The translations under genes were made by a program, and so were the position numbers. A DNA stretch of 64,000 nt. Source: an uncultured Acidimicrobiales bacterium. Its GTDB lineage: Bacteria; Actinomycetota; Acidimicrobiia; Acidimicrobiales; Aldehydirespiratoraceae. The notes beneath the pieces are model-generated. The model was not told the origin of the DNA. It was given only the letters and a program-made list of their open reading frames with translations, and did no database searches. The stretch lies in assembly GCA_958296055.1 (NCBI GenBank), contig CATQHS010000001.1, positions 692,277-756,276 on the forward strand, written 5' to 3'. Positions 47,224 through 55,449 of the stretch are shown here, piece after piece. The number at the start of each line of letters is the position of its first letter. Position 1 is the first letter of the stretch.

Positions 47224-49008
47224 TTACGAGTCCGCCGCCGGCTGGGCCCGCCACGCGTCGGGGTTGCCCGAGCGGCGGAACCCGACGCGGAGCCGGCCCA
47301 TCTGAACCGTCCCGGCAGCAGACTCGGCGGCGGCGAGGCGGTGAACGATCCGGCCCGCGGCCACGGCCTCGACCGGACTGGCCGGCAGGTCGCCGCTCAG
47401 CTTGACTTCGAGAGACCCGCCCGACTGCCCGAGCTGGGATCGGGTGGCGACCAGCAGCACCTCCGAGGGCGTGGTCACGACGAAGTGGCGCCGGTAGTGC
47501 ACGGCCAGCATCCCCCAGATGGCGGCGTGGGTCTTGGTGTCCTCGGCCAGCTCGATCGGCAACACCAGCGCCAACACGCCGCCTCGCCGGATGAAGTCGT
47601 CGGCCCGGCGGATCACGAACTCCGAGATGTTGGCCTTGGACGACGGCGGGTGCATGATCACCAAGTCGCTGCTGTCGCTGGTGGTGACGCACTCCCCTTC
47701 GTCGTCGAAGCCCATGGAGGCGAGGCGGACTTGGAGCCGCTCCAGCGGCTGGGCGGGGTGGCGCAGCGCCAGCAGGGACGCGGTGAGCGTCACCGCCGCC
47801 GGGTTGACGTCGGCGCCGACCAAGACGTTCTCGAGCATCTCGGAGTGGAGGGATTCGTCGTCGAGCCCCGCGCCGCGCATCCGGGCCGCCATGCGGCCGT
47901 AGGCGGCGTCCAGCAGCACCCCGGTCCCGCAGGCGAAATCCACCACTCGCAGGGCCCCGATGCGGGCGGGATCGCCCCAGTCGACTCCCATCTCGGCCAC
48001 AGCCAGCTCGGCCAGCAGGTGGGCGGTGGGCGGGCGGGTGAAGTCGCCCGCCGGCAGTCCGGCGTGTTTGGTGGCCAGCGAGACGGCGGCCGCGCCCGCC
48101 AGGTTCCCGTCGACCCAGGCTCGGCTGGCCAGCCTCAGGGCGATCGGGTTCACTCGGCGGAGCAGTTGCTCGGCGTCGTCCGCGTGCATGCACTCCAGCA
48201 GCCTGCCCGGCAGGTCGAAGACGGCGGCGTGGCCGGGCGCCGAGGCGATCCGCCGCCAGACCTCGAGCATCTCCTCCCGGCCGTCGCCGGAACCGGGCCC
48301 GGGCACCGAATAGCCGTCGGCCAGCCGGACCCCGGCCATGGCCGCTTGGCACATCACCGCGTTCAGGATGAGCGCCCACACCCGACGGGGAAGATCCCGG
48401 TTGAGGGGGCTCTGCAGGTGCTCGGCCGCGTCCCGCATGCCGGCAGTGGCGTGAGACGACCGGTGGACCCGGATAGACCCGACCATTGCCGCGGTAGCCG
48501 CCTCCACCATGTCGATCGGCGATCCGAAGAGTTCGCAGTCATCGGCGATGTCGGAGACGGCGCCGCTCAGCCACCCGCTGCTGGGCACCTCGTCGAACGC
48601 CAAGTTGCTGAACGGCCCGTCCACCGACAGCAGCCGGTACTGGCCACCGATCGAGTCGGGGATCCCGGAGGCGCCCGCCTCGCCGGCGGAGTCGGCGGCG
48701 TCCGTCTCGGGCAGTTCCGGGCGCACCGCGGCCACCCGCACGATGGGGCGGCCCGACGGCATCAACTGAGCGCCCCGGATCAGCCTTCGGGCCGCCTTGT
48801 CCAGGTCGGCGGGGTCGCCCGCGGCGGTGTGGACCACGACGGGGCGGCTGGCGTTGCCGCTGGCCGGCATGACCACCGCGGCCAGGTTGGTGATGTCGCC
48901 CTTCTCGCCCACCGCCACCGCGCCGGTCTCCACCTCCCACAGCCGGGGCGGGAGCCGCCGCCGGAGGGCTTCGACAAGCTGCGAGTTGAACCGGTCGATG
49001 GGCGTCAC
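47224..49008 (-). CDS. Class I SAM-dependent methyltransferase-like protein (N6-DNA-MTase layout, degenerate motif IV)
   Basis: 594 aa with a GTG start. Motif I VVDFACGTGVLLDAA, then VGADVNPAAVTLTASLL, then DLVIMHPPSS where (D/N/S)PP(Y/F/W) is expected, then GGVLALVLP. I do not recognise the N-terminal ~340 aa. Confidence 0.6.
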   Translation of the reverse strand: MTPIDRFNSQLVEALRRRLPPRLWEVETGAVAVGEKGDITNLAAVVMPASGNASRPVVVHTAAGDPADLDKAARRLIRGAQLMPSGRPIVRVAAVRPELPETDAADSAGEAGASGIPDSIGGQYRLLSVDGPFSNLAFDEVPSSGWLSGAVSDIADDCELFGSPIDMVEAATAAMVGSIRVHRSSHATAGMRDAAEHLQSPLNRDLPRRVWALILNAVMCQAAMAGVRLADGYSVPGPGSGDGREEMLEVWRRIASAPGHAAVFDLPGRLLECMHADDAEQLLRRVNPIALRLASRAWVDGNLAGAAAVSLATKHAGLPAGDFTRPPTAHLLAELAVAEMGVDWGDPARIGALRVVDFACGTGVLLDAAYGRMAARMRGAGLDDESLHSEMLENVLVGADVNPAAVTLTASLLALRHPAQPLERLQVRLASMGFDDEGECVTTSDSSDLVIMHPPSSKANISEFVIRRADDFIRRGGVLALVLPIELAEDTKTHAAIWGMLAVHYRRHFVVTTPSEVLLVATRSQLGQSGGSLEVKLSGDLPASPVEAVAAGRIVHRLAAAESAAGTVQMGRLRVGFRRSGNPDAWRAQPAADS

Positions 49009-49057
49009 GGCTCGGAGCCGCCGGTCGCCGAGGGCGGCAGTCCCCCGAGCGCCGGGG

Positions 49058-49882
49058 TCACTTGTGGCCGAAGGACTGGGACAGGGACGAGCCCTCGAAC
49101 CCCTGCGGGACCACGCCGGTGGTGGCGTACATGTACAGAGCGGTCTGGAAGATGGCGTTGAGGGCGGTGATGACCACGGCCACCACGACCAACCAGGCTA
49201 CCGCCAAGGGGATCCCCACCCAGGCCGCACCGACCGACGAGGCCACCACCGCCAGGATCACCGCCGGTATGACCAGCACGAACCCGAGCAGGCCGAAGCC
49301 GACCCGGGCGATCAGGTTCTCGCCCCAGGTATGGCGCAGCAGCGCGGCCGAGCGCTTGAGCCCGTTCACCGCGCCCATCTCGTCGATTATCACCGCGGGC
49401 ACCACCAGGAACGTCACCACTTCCCAGGCCATGCCGATCATGTCGACCACGATGCGGCCCAGGAACCCGGCCCGCTCCCGCATGGCTTGCAGCACCAAGC
49501 CCACGGTGGTGGTCATCAGGGCCCAGGGCACCAGCCCGGCCAGCCGGGAGAAGGCCCGGCGCACCGAGCTGCCGACGGTGGGGTCGCCCCCGGTCAGCCG
49601 CTCGTGGGCGCCGGCCACCAGGGCGCCGTTGAAGAACACCGAGGTGATCCCCAGGGCCAGGGCGGCGGCCACGCCGACCACCACTGCCGCCGGGCCGACG
49701 GTGACGCCGTCGGCTCCGCCCGGGGCCGCGGAGCTGGTGACCAAGATCACAACCAGGGCGGCTCCGCCCACCGCGGCCGACACCAGAAACGACAAGACCG
49801 GGAGCCACATCAGCTCTCGGTCCTTCTTGAGCACCGACCAAGAGAGCTTGGCCAGCGCCAGAGTGTTTTGGATGCGTCCCAT
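49058..49882 (-). CDS. Polytopic membrane protein (DUF6159-like, hypothetical)
   Basis: ATG at 49882 (MGRIQNTLALAKLSWSVLKKDRELMWLPVLSFL...), with about six hydrophobic helices. The family name is from memory only. Confidence 0.6.
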   Translation of the reverse strand: MGRIQNTLALAKLSWSVLKKDRELMWLPVLSFLVSAAVGGAALVVILVTSSAAPGGADGVTVGPAAVVVGVAAALALGITSVFFNGALVAGAHERLTGGDPTVGSSVRRAFSRLAGLVPWALMTTTVGLVLQAMRERAGFLGRIVVDMIGMAWEVVTFLVVPAVIIDEMGAVNGLKRSAALLRHTWGENLIARVGFGLLGFVLVIPAVILAVVASSVGAAWVGIPLAVAWLVVVAVVITALNAIFQTALYMYATTGVVPQGFEGSSLSQSFGHK

Positions 49883-49957
49883 GGCCGTCAGGCTACCACC
49901 GGCCCGCCCCGCCCCGGCGCCTCCCAAAACAGGCCGAAACCGGCCCTGAGGGGGCGG

Positions 49958-51163
49958 TCAGCGGGGCCCGCGGGGCAGCCCCAGCACCCGTTCGGCGATG
50001 ACGTTGCGCTGGATCTGGTTGGAGCCCCCGTAGATGGTGTGGGCTCGGGAGAACAAGAAGGTCCGCTGCCAGCGGTCGAGCCGGTAGCCGATCCGGCCGC
50101 CGCCGTCGCGGGCGCCGTCGGCCACCGCCATGGCGGCCGGCCCCCGCACCATCATGGCCAGCTCGCCCAGCCTGCGGTGCCATGACGCCCACTGGAGTTT
50201 GCCGATCGACTGCTCGGGCCCGGGCAGGCCGTCGCCGGCCAGGGCGGTGAGCATCCGCAGGTGGTTGTAGCCCATGATCTCCAGCTCCACGTAGGACCGC
50301 ATCAGCTCGTCGCGCACCGCCGGGTCGTCCCAGCGGCCGCCGGACCGGGCCTCGGCCATCAGGTCGTCCAGCTCGGCCCGGAAGCCGATCTGCTGGCCCA
50401 GCGTGCTGGCGCCCCGCTCGAAGCCGAGCGTGCCCATGGCCACCCTCCAGCCGTTGCCGGCCCCGCCCACCACCAAGTCCTCGTCGGTGGCGGCGTCGGT
50501 GAAGAAGACGTGGTTGAAGTCGTCGGCGCCGTTGATCTGGACTATGGGCCGGACCTCGATGCCGGGCTGGTCCATGGGGGCCAGCAGGTAGGACAGGCCG
50601 GCGTGGCGGGTGGAGCCCTCGGCGGTGCGGGCCAGCACGAAAATCCAGTCGGCGTGCTGGGCCAGCGACGTCCACACCTTCTGGCCGTTGATCACCCACC
50701 GGCCGTCGGTGAGGTAGGCCCGGGTGGCGACGTTGGCCAGGTCGCTGCCCGCGTCGGGCTCGGAGTAGCCCTGGCACCAGAGCTCGGCCGCAGCCAAAAC
50801 GGGGGGAACGAACCGGCGCTGCTGCTCGGGCGACCCGAAGGCCATGAGGGTGGGGCCGAGCAGGGTGAGCCCCATGTTGGGCAGCCGGCCGGGGGCCCGG
50901 GCCTCGACGTAGACGGCGTGGAACGCCACCTGCTGGGCCAGGGTGCACCCCCGGCCCCCGATCCAGGCCGGATAGTCCAACCCGAGCCAGCCGCCGCCGG
51001 CCAGCTCCGCCTCCCAGGCCAGTTGCACCTCGACGGGGATGTCGTCCTGGCCGGTCAGGCCCCGGCCCCGGTACCGGCCGAACTCGCCGGCCAGGTGCTC
51101 CTCCAGCCAGGTCCGAGCCTCGTCGGCGAACTCGGCCAGGGCCGGGTCCCATCCGATGTCCAC
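49958..51163 (-). CDS. Acyl-CoA dehydrogenase family protein
   Basis: 401 aa. WCQGYSEPDAGSDLA, INGQKVWTS and a C-terminal IYGGSNQIQRNVIAERVLGLP. Confidence 0.88.
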   Translation of the reverse strand: MDIGWDPALAEFADEARTWLEEHLAGEFGRYRGRGLTGQDDIPVEVQLAWEAELAGGGWLGLDYPAWIGGRGCTLAQQVAFHAVYVEARAPGRLPNMGLTLLGPTLMAFGSPEQQRRFVPPVLAAAELWCQGYSEPDAGSDLANVATRAYLTDGRWVINGQKVWTSLAQHADWIFVLARTAEGSTRHAGLSYLLAPMDQPGIEVRPIVQINGADDFNHVFFTDAATDEDLVVGGAGNGWRVAMGTLGFERGASTLGQQIGFRAELDDLMAEARSGGRWDDPAVRDELMRSYVELEIMGYNHLRMLTALAGDGLPGPEQSIGKLQWASWHRRLGELAMMVRGPAAMAVADGARDGGGRIGYRLDRWQRTFLFSRAHTIYGGSNQIQRNVIAERVLGLPRGPR

Positions 51164-51240
51164 CCCGCCAGGGTAGGCCCGCCCTCCGCTCCGTCTGCCC
51201 GGTCCGGGCTTCGGGTCGGCCCGGCGGGCGGCGGGCCGTT

Positions 51241-51307
51241 ATCACCGGCGGCCCGGCGGGTCGGACTGGCGGCCGGTCGCCGGTCATCACCGGCGGCCCG
51301 GCGGGTC
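51241..51307. repeat. Two identical 22-nt direct repeats (ATCACCGGCGGCCCGGCGGGTC) in a divergent intergenic region
   Basis: Copies at 51241-51262 and 51286-51307, between the acyl-CoA dehydrogenase gene (minus strand) and the acyl-CoA synthetase gene (plus strand). Confidence 0.85.
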
Positions 51308-51349
51308 CGACCCGGCGGCCGACTCCGGCCCCGGCCCTACCATCGGGGC

Positions 51350-52906
51350 GTGCCCGCCGAGCCCGACCTGCTCACCGAGGCGGCCCGGCGGGCAGCCCGC
51401 AAGCACGGCGAGCGGGCCGCCTTCGCCGCCCCCGACGGGTGGCACCTGAGCTTCGCCGGCCTGGACCGGGCCGCTCAGGAGATCGCAGCCGGCCTGCGGG
51501 CCCGGGGGCTGGGACCGGGTTCGACGGTGGCCCTGGTGCTCGATTCGGGGGTGGACTACGCGGCCCTGTATCTGGCCGCGGCCCGGATCGGGGCGGTTAC
51601 CGCGGGCATCAACCCGGCGGCCACCGCGGCGGAGGCGGCGGGGTGCCTGAGGATCGTCCGCCCCCATCTGATCGCCGTCCACCGCCACCTGGCCTCTCTG
51701 GTGCCGGCGGGCGCCGCGCCCTTGGTCGAACCCCTGGCACCGGCCGCGGGCCCGGACTCGGTGGGAGGAGAGCTGCGCGGCGGCTCAGGACCCGGCAGCG
51801 GGCCCAGACCCGGCGACGGCCCAGGACTTGGCGACGGGCCGGGACTCGGCGGTAGGCGCGGCGAGCGGCCGGTTTGCATCTGCTTCACCTCGGGATCGAC
51901 GGGCGCGCCCAAGGCGGCCTGGTTCGGCGACCGCCAGCTCGCCGCCGTCGCCGCCGTTGACGCCGGCGGGTCCTGGGGCGGAGGCGGCCATGGGCTGGCC
52001 GTCACCCCCATGGCCCACGTCGGCTTCATGACCAAGCTGGCCTGGCTGCTGGACGGGGGCCAGACCGCCCATCTGCTCGGGCGCTGGTCGGCCGGCGGAG
52101 CCCTGGAGGCCATCGCCCGGCACCGGATGCCGGCGGTGGCCGGGGTGGCGCCTCAGATCGCGCTCATGGTCCGCCACCGGCTGATCGACGAGCTCGACTT
52201 CTCGGCGGTGAGGGCGATCACCGCCGGGGGCGGCCCCTCCCCGCCCGACTTGGTGAAGGCCGCCCGCCGGGCCTTCGGCGCCCCCTATTCGATCCGCTAC
52301 TCCTCCACCGAGTCGGGGGGCGTGGGGCTGGCCACCGCCCTAGACGCCGACGACGACGAGGCCTGCCACTCCATCGGGCGGCCCCGGCCCGGCGTGGAAG
52401 CCGCCGTCCGGGACTCCAACGGGTCGGCGCTGCCGCCGGGCCGGGTCGGGGAGCTGTGGCTGCGGTCGCCGACGGTGATGTCGGGGTACTGGGGCGACCC
52501 GGCCGCCACCGCCACCGCCCTGGCCGACGGCTGGCTCCGCACCGGCGACCTGGCATCGGCCGACGAGCGGGGCCTGTACCGCCTGGCCGGCCGCCTCGAC
52601 GAGATGTACGTGCGGGGCGGTTACAACGTGTACCCGCTGGAGGTCGAGGGCGTGCTGGGCGGCCACCCCGGGGTGGCCGAGATCGCGGTCATGGGCCAGC
52701 CCGACCCGGTGATGGGCCAGACCGGCCTAGCCGTGGTCGTGCCCGAGGAGGGCTCCCCGCCGGTGACCCTGGAGGAACTCCGGGCCTTCGGGGCGCACAA
52801 GCTGGCCCGCCACAAGCTGCCCGAGGCCGTGGTCACGGCCGGCGAGCTGCCCCGCCGGCCCAACGGCAAGCTCGACCGGGTCCGCCTGGCCGAGCAGTGG
52901 GGCTGA
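51350..52906 (+). CDS. AMP-dependent synthetase/ligase (second acyl-CoA synthetase-like gene)
   Basis: GTG at 51350 (VPAEPDLLTEAARRAARKHGERAAF...), 518 aa. CFTSGSTGAPKAA, STESGG, TGDLASADERGLYRLAGRLDEMYVRGGYNV and GKLDR. A low-complexity Gly/Pro insert precedes the AMP motif. Confidence 0.85.
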   Translation: MPAEPDLLTEAARRAARKHGERAAFAAPDGWHLSFAGLDRAAQEIAAGLRARGLGPGSTVALVLDSGVDYAALYLAAARIGAVTAGINPAATAAEAAGCLRIVRPHLIAVHRHLASLVPAGAAPLVEPLAPAAGPDSVGGELRGGSGPGSGPRPGDGPGLGDGPGLGGRRGERPVCICFTSGSTGAPKAAWFGDRQLAAVAAVDAGGSWGGGGHGLAVTPMAHVGFMTKLAWLLDGGQTAHLLGRWSAGGALEAIARHRMPAVAGVAPQIALMVRHRLIDELDFSAVRAITAGGGPSPPDLVKAARRAFGAPYSIRYSSTESGGVGLATALDADDDEACHSIGRPRPGVEAAVRDSNGSALPPGRVGELWLRSPTVMSGYWGDPAATATALADGWLRTGDLASADERGLYRLAGRLDEMYVRGGYNVYPLEVEGVLGGHPGVAEIAVMGQPDPVMGQTGLAVVVPEEGSPPVTLEELRAFGAHKLARHKLPEAVVTAGELPRRPNGKLDRVRLAEQWG

Positions 52907-52916
52907 CCGGCGCCGG

Positions 52917-54164
52917 TCAGCCCTGTTCCCCGCATCTCGGGCTCAGGCGCAGGGCGGAAGTCACCTCCGGCATCGCCATGATCGGATGCTCGCTGGAGGC
53001 GGCGGAGTAAAGGTCCAGCAACGCCGCCGCTTCGTAGCCTCGGCGCCCCTTGCCGATGCTGCGAGACGCGAGAACGCCCGCCTGGGCCAACGTCTGCAGC
53101 GCCTGCCGGGCCCGGCGCTCGGTCCGCCCGTACCGCTCCGCCACCATCTTCGAGTCGAGCACCGGGTGCAGGGTCAGGTCGCGCAGGATCTGGGCGACCA
53201 GAGACTTCCGCTTGGGCGCCACCGCCTGCTCCCACCGGTCGCGTATCTCGGCTGCGGCGGAGCGAATCGCCGACCCCAGATGGCAGGCGAAGACCGTGGC
53301 CTCCTCCAGCAGGCGGATCATCGGGCCCCAGATCCGGTCCGGCTCGGCGCCGCCGTCGGCGATCGCTCGATGCGATCGGCTCAGCGCCTCGAAGTATTCG
53401 CCGCGGCGGCGGGCCAGGTGAGCGCTGACCGGCACCGTGCTCGTAGCGGTGATCAGGCCGTGGCGGGCCCAGAGCATGTGGATCAGCGCTCGTCCGGCCC
53501 GGCCGTTGCCGTCGGGGAACGGGTGGATGTGCTCGAACCGGGCGTGGGCCACCGCGGCCTGGACCAGGGGCCGCTCGGTCCCGCTCGTGTTCATATAGCC
53601 CACGAGATCGGCCATCAGCTCGTCGACGGCATCGGGGGGAGGAGAGACGAAGTCCGCATTCGCCGGGGTAGGTCGGAGATCGCCGCCGCCGATCCAGTTC
53701 TGGGTGCGGCGGATGGCTCCGGGGGTCGCCCACTCGTATTCGGGGTCGTCGGCCATCAGCGTCTCATGAACCGCGCAGATGTCCTCCACTGCGAACGGGC
53801 GGCTGGCGTCCGACCCGATCCGCAGCGCCAGTTCGGTGGCGGCGATGTTGCGGAGGGCGGTCTTCTCCGGCTGTCGGCCCTCGCCGGTGGCTTCGGACCT
53901 GGCCAACCGGCGCAGCGACGGGTGAACCCCCTCGATGGTGGTGGAGGACGCGCCCTCCGTGTGGCTGATCAGCCAGTCGCTCACCGGAGACCGCTCATCG
54001 TGCGCGAAGGCCCTGACCTCCTCCTCGGCTGCTCTGAGCCGGTCGAACTCAGCCGAGTCCATGCGCACGACCGTCCCGGCGACCGGGGGCGGCACGAAGC
54101 ACCGATACGGGACCCGCTCCCCTTGAGGGCTCGTCCAGATCCGCTCCACCCAATGTCCGGCCAT
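52917..54164 (-). CDS. Fic family protein (AMPylase-type) with an N-terminal inhibitory-helix motif and a C-terminal wHTH
   Basis: ATG at 54164 with GAAGG 9 nt upstream. The Fic motif is HPFPDGNGRAGR. STTIEG matches the (S/T)xxxE(G/N) inhibitory motif. The C-terminus is ...RARQALQTLAQAGVLASRSIGKGRRGY. Confidence 0.85.
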   Translation of the reverse strand: MAGHWVERIWTSPQGERVPYRCFVPPPVAGTVVRMDSAEFDRLRAAEEEVRAFAHDERSPVSDWLISHTEGASSTTIEGVHPSLRRLARSEATGEGRQPEKTALRNIAATELALRIGSDASRPFAVEDICAVHETLMADDPEYEWATPGAIRRTQNWIGGGDLRPTPANADFVSPPPDAVDELMADLVGYMNTSGTERPLVQAAVAHARFEHIHPFPDGNGRAGRALIHMLWARHGLITATSTVPVSAHLARRRGEYFEALSRSHRAIADGGAEPDRIWGPMIRLLEEATVFACHLGSAIRSAAAEIRDRWEQAVAPKRKSLVAQILRDLTLHPVLDSKMVAERYGRTERRARQALQTLAQAGVLASRSIGKGRRGYEAAALLDLYSAASSEHPIMAMPEVTSALRLSPRCGEQG

Positions 54165-54299
54165 GACACAAACCTTCTCAGATCGCCGGCTCTGACCGTC
54201 GACGGCCCACAATGACTTCCGCCACGCCGGAGTTTCGGCGCGTTGAGGCTTGTCAAGCTATCAAAATTTCCGCAAGGTCGCCGATGAGGCCGGGCTGAC

Positions 54300-55286
54300 T
54301 TATCGGCGGCGGGCTCTCTGCTCGGCCAGCTCGCGGCGCAGGGCCAGGTAGCGGTCGAAGCGGCGGGGGTCGAGGTCGCCGGCCTCGACTGCGGATCGCA
54401 CCGCGCAGTCGGGCTCGGCGCCGTGGGCGCAGTCCGAGAACCGGCAGCCCGCGCTCAGCCGCTGGAGGTCGGCGAACACCCGGTGAAAGGCCGCCTCGGC
54501 GTCCCAGGGCGACAGGGAGCGCAGGCCGGGGGTGTCGATGACCAGGCCGCCGTCGCCGGGCAGCAGGATCAGCTCCCGGGCGATGGTGGTGTGGCGGCCT
54601 CTGGCGTCCGAGGGCCGGACCGGGCCAGTGGGCACCGCCTCGGCCCCGGCCAGGGCGTTCACCAGTCTGGACTTCCCGGTGCCGCTGGCCCCCACCAGCA
54701 CCAGGGTGCGGCCCGGCCCCAGCCGCCGCCGGATCGGGTCGAGCCCCGTGCCGGCAGCGGCGCTGGCCACTGCGATGGGGGCGTCGCCGGCCACCGCGGC
54801 CACGCCGGCCCGATACTCGGCACCCTCGGCGGGGTCGGCGCACAGGTCGGCCTTGGTCAGGACGATCAGCGCGGGGGCGCCGCTGTCGTCGGCCATCACC
54901 AGCATCCGCTCGAGCCATCCGGGGGGGAGGGGCCGGTCCAGGCCGGCCACGATGCCGACCACGTCGAAGTTGGCGGCCAGCGCCTGGCTGCGCCGACCGG
55001 GGCCGAGGCGACGGAGCCCGGTGCGGCGGGGAAGGACCCGGTCGATCACCAGATCGCCGTCCCGCCGGGCCACCTCGACCCAGTCGCCGGTGACCGGGGC
55101 CAGGTCGGGCTGGGCCCGCACCGAGCTGGACAGAACTCGGACCCGGCCCGGGCCGGTCACCACGTCGCACTCGCCCCGGTCCACCCGCACCACCCGGCCC
55201 GGGTCGGCGCCGGGCCGGACCGCGCCCGCCACCCAGTCGTCCCAACCCCACCGACCCAGCCCGGCGCCGGCCGCGGCCTCACCCAT
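54300..55286 (-). CDS. rsgA: Ribosome small-subunit-dependent GTPase A
   Basis: 328 aa. Circularly permuted GTPase: LTKADL...LVGASGTGKSRLVNAL...TIARELILLPGDGGLVIDTPG..., with a Cys/His Zn cluster CRFSDCAHGAEPDC. Confidence 0.9.
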   Translation of the reverse strand: MGEAAAGAGLGRWGWDDWVAGAVRPGADPGRVVRVDRGECDVVTGPGRVRVLSSSVRAQPDLAPVTGDWVEVARRDGDLVIDRVLPRRTGLRRLGPGRRSQALAANFDVVGIVAGLDRPLPPGWLERMLVMADDSGAPALIVLTKADLCADPAEGAEYRAGVAAVAGDAPIAVASAAAGTGLDPIRRRLGPGRTLVLVGASGTGKSRLVNALAGAEAVPTGPVRPSDARGRHTTIARELILLPGDGGLVIDTPGLRSLSPWDAEAAFHRVFADLQRLSAGCRFSDCAHGAEPDCAVRSAVEAGDLDPRRFDRYLALRRELAEQRARRR

Positions 55287-55449
55287 AACCGGTACTCATC
55301 GAACCCAGATAGTGGCCCACGGGGCCGGTCCCGCGAAAGCCCGAAAGCCCGAGCCTGGCGGCCCGGCCCCGTTAGAGTCGAGCCACTCGCCCGACGCGGC
55401 CGCTCCGGGACCGGCCGAGGCCGCGGAAACCACCGACAGGGGGCAGATC

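Noticed and set aside
54213-54299. A TTGACA-like hexamer on the minus strand upstream of the Fic gene as a promoter
   Set aside because: No acceptable -10 element lies at the proper spacing, so the evidence is too weak to list as a feature.
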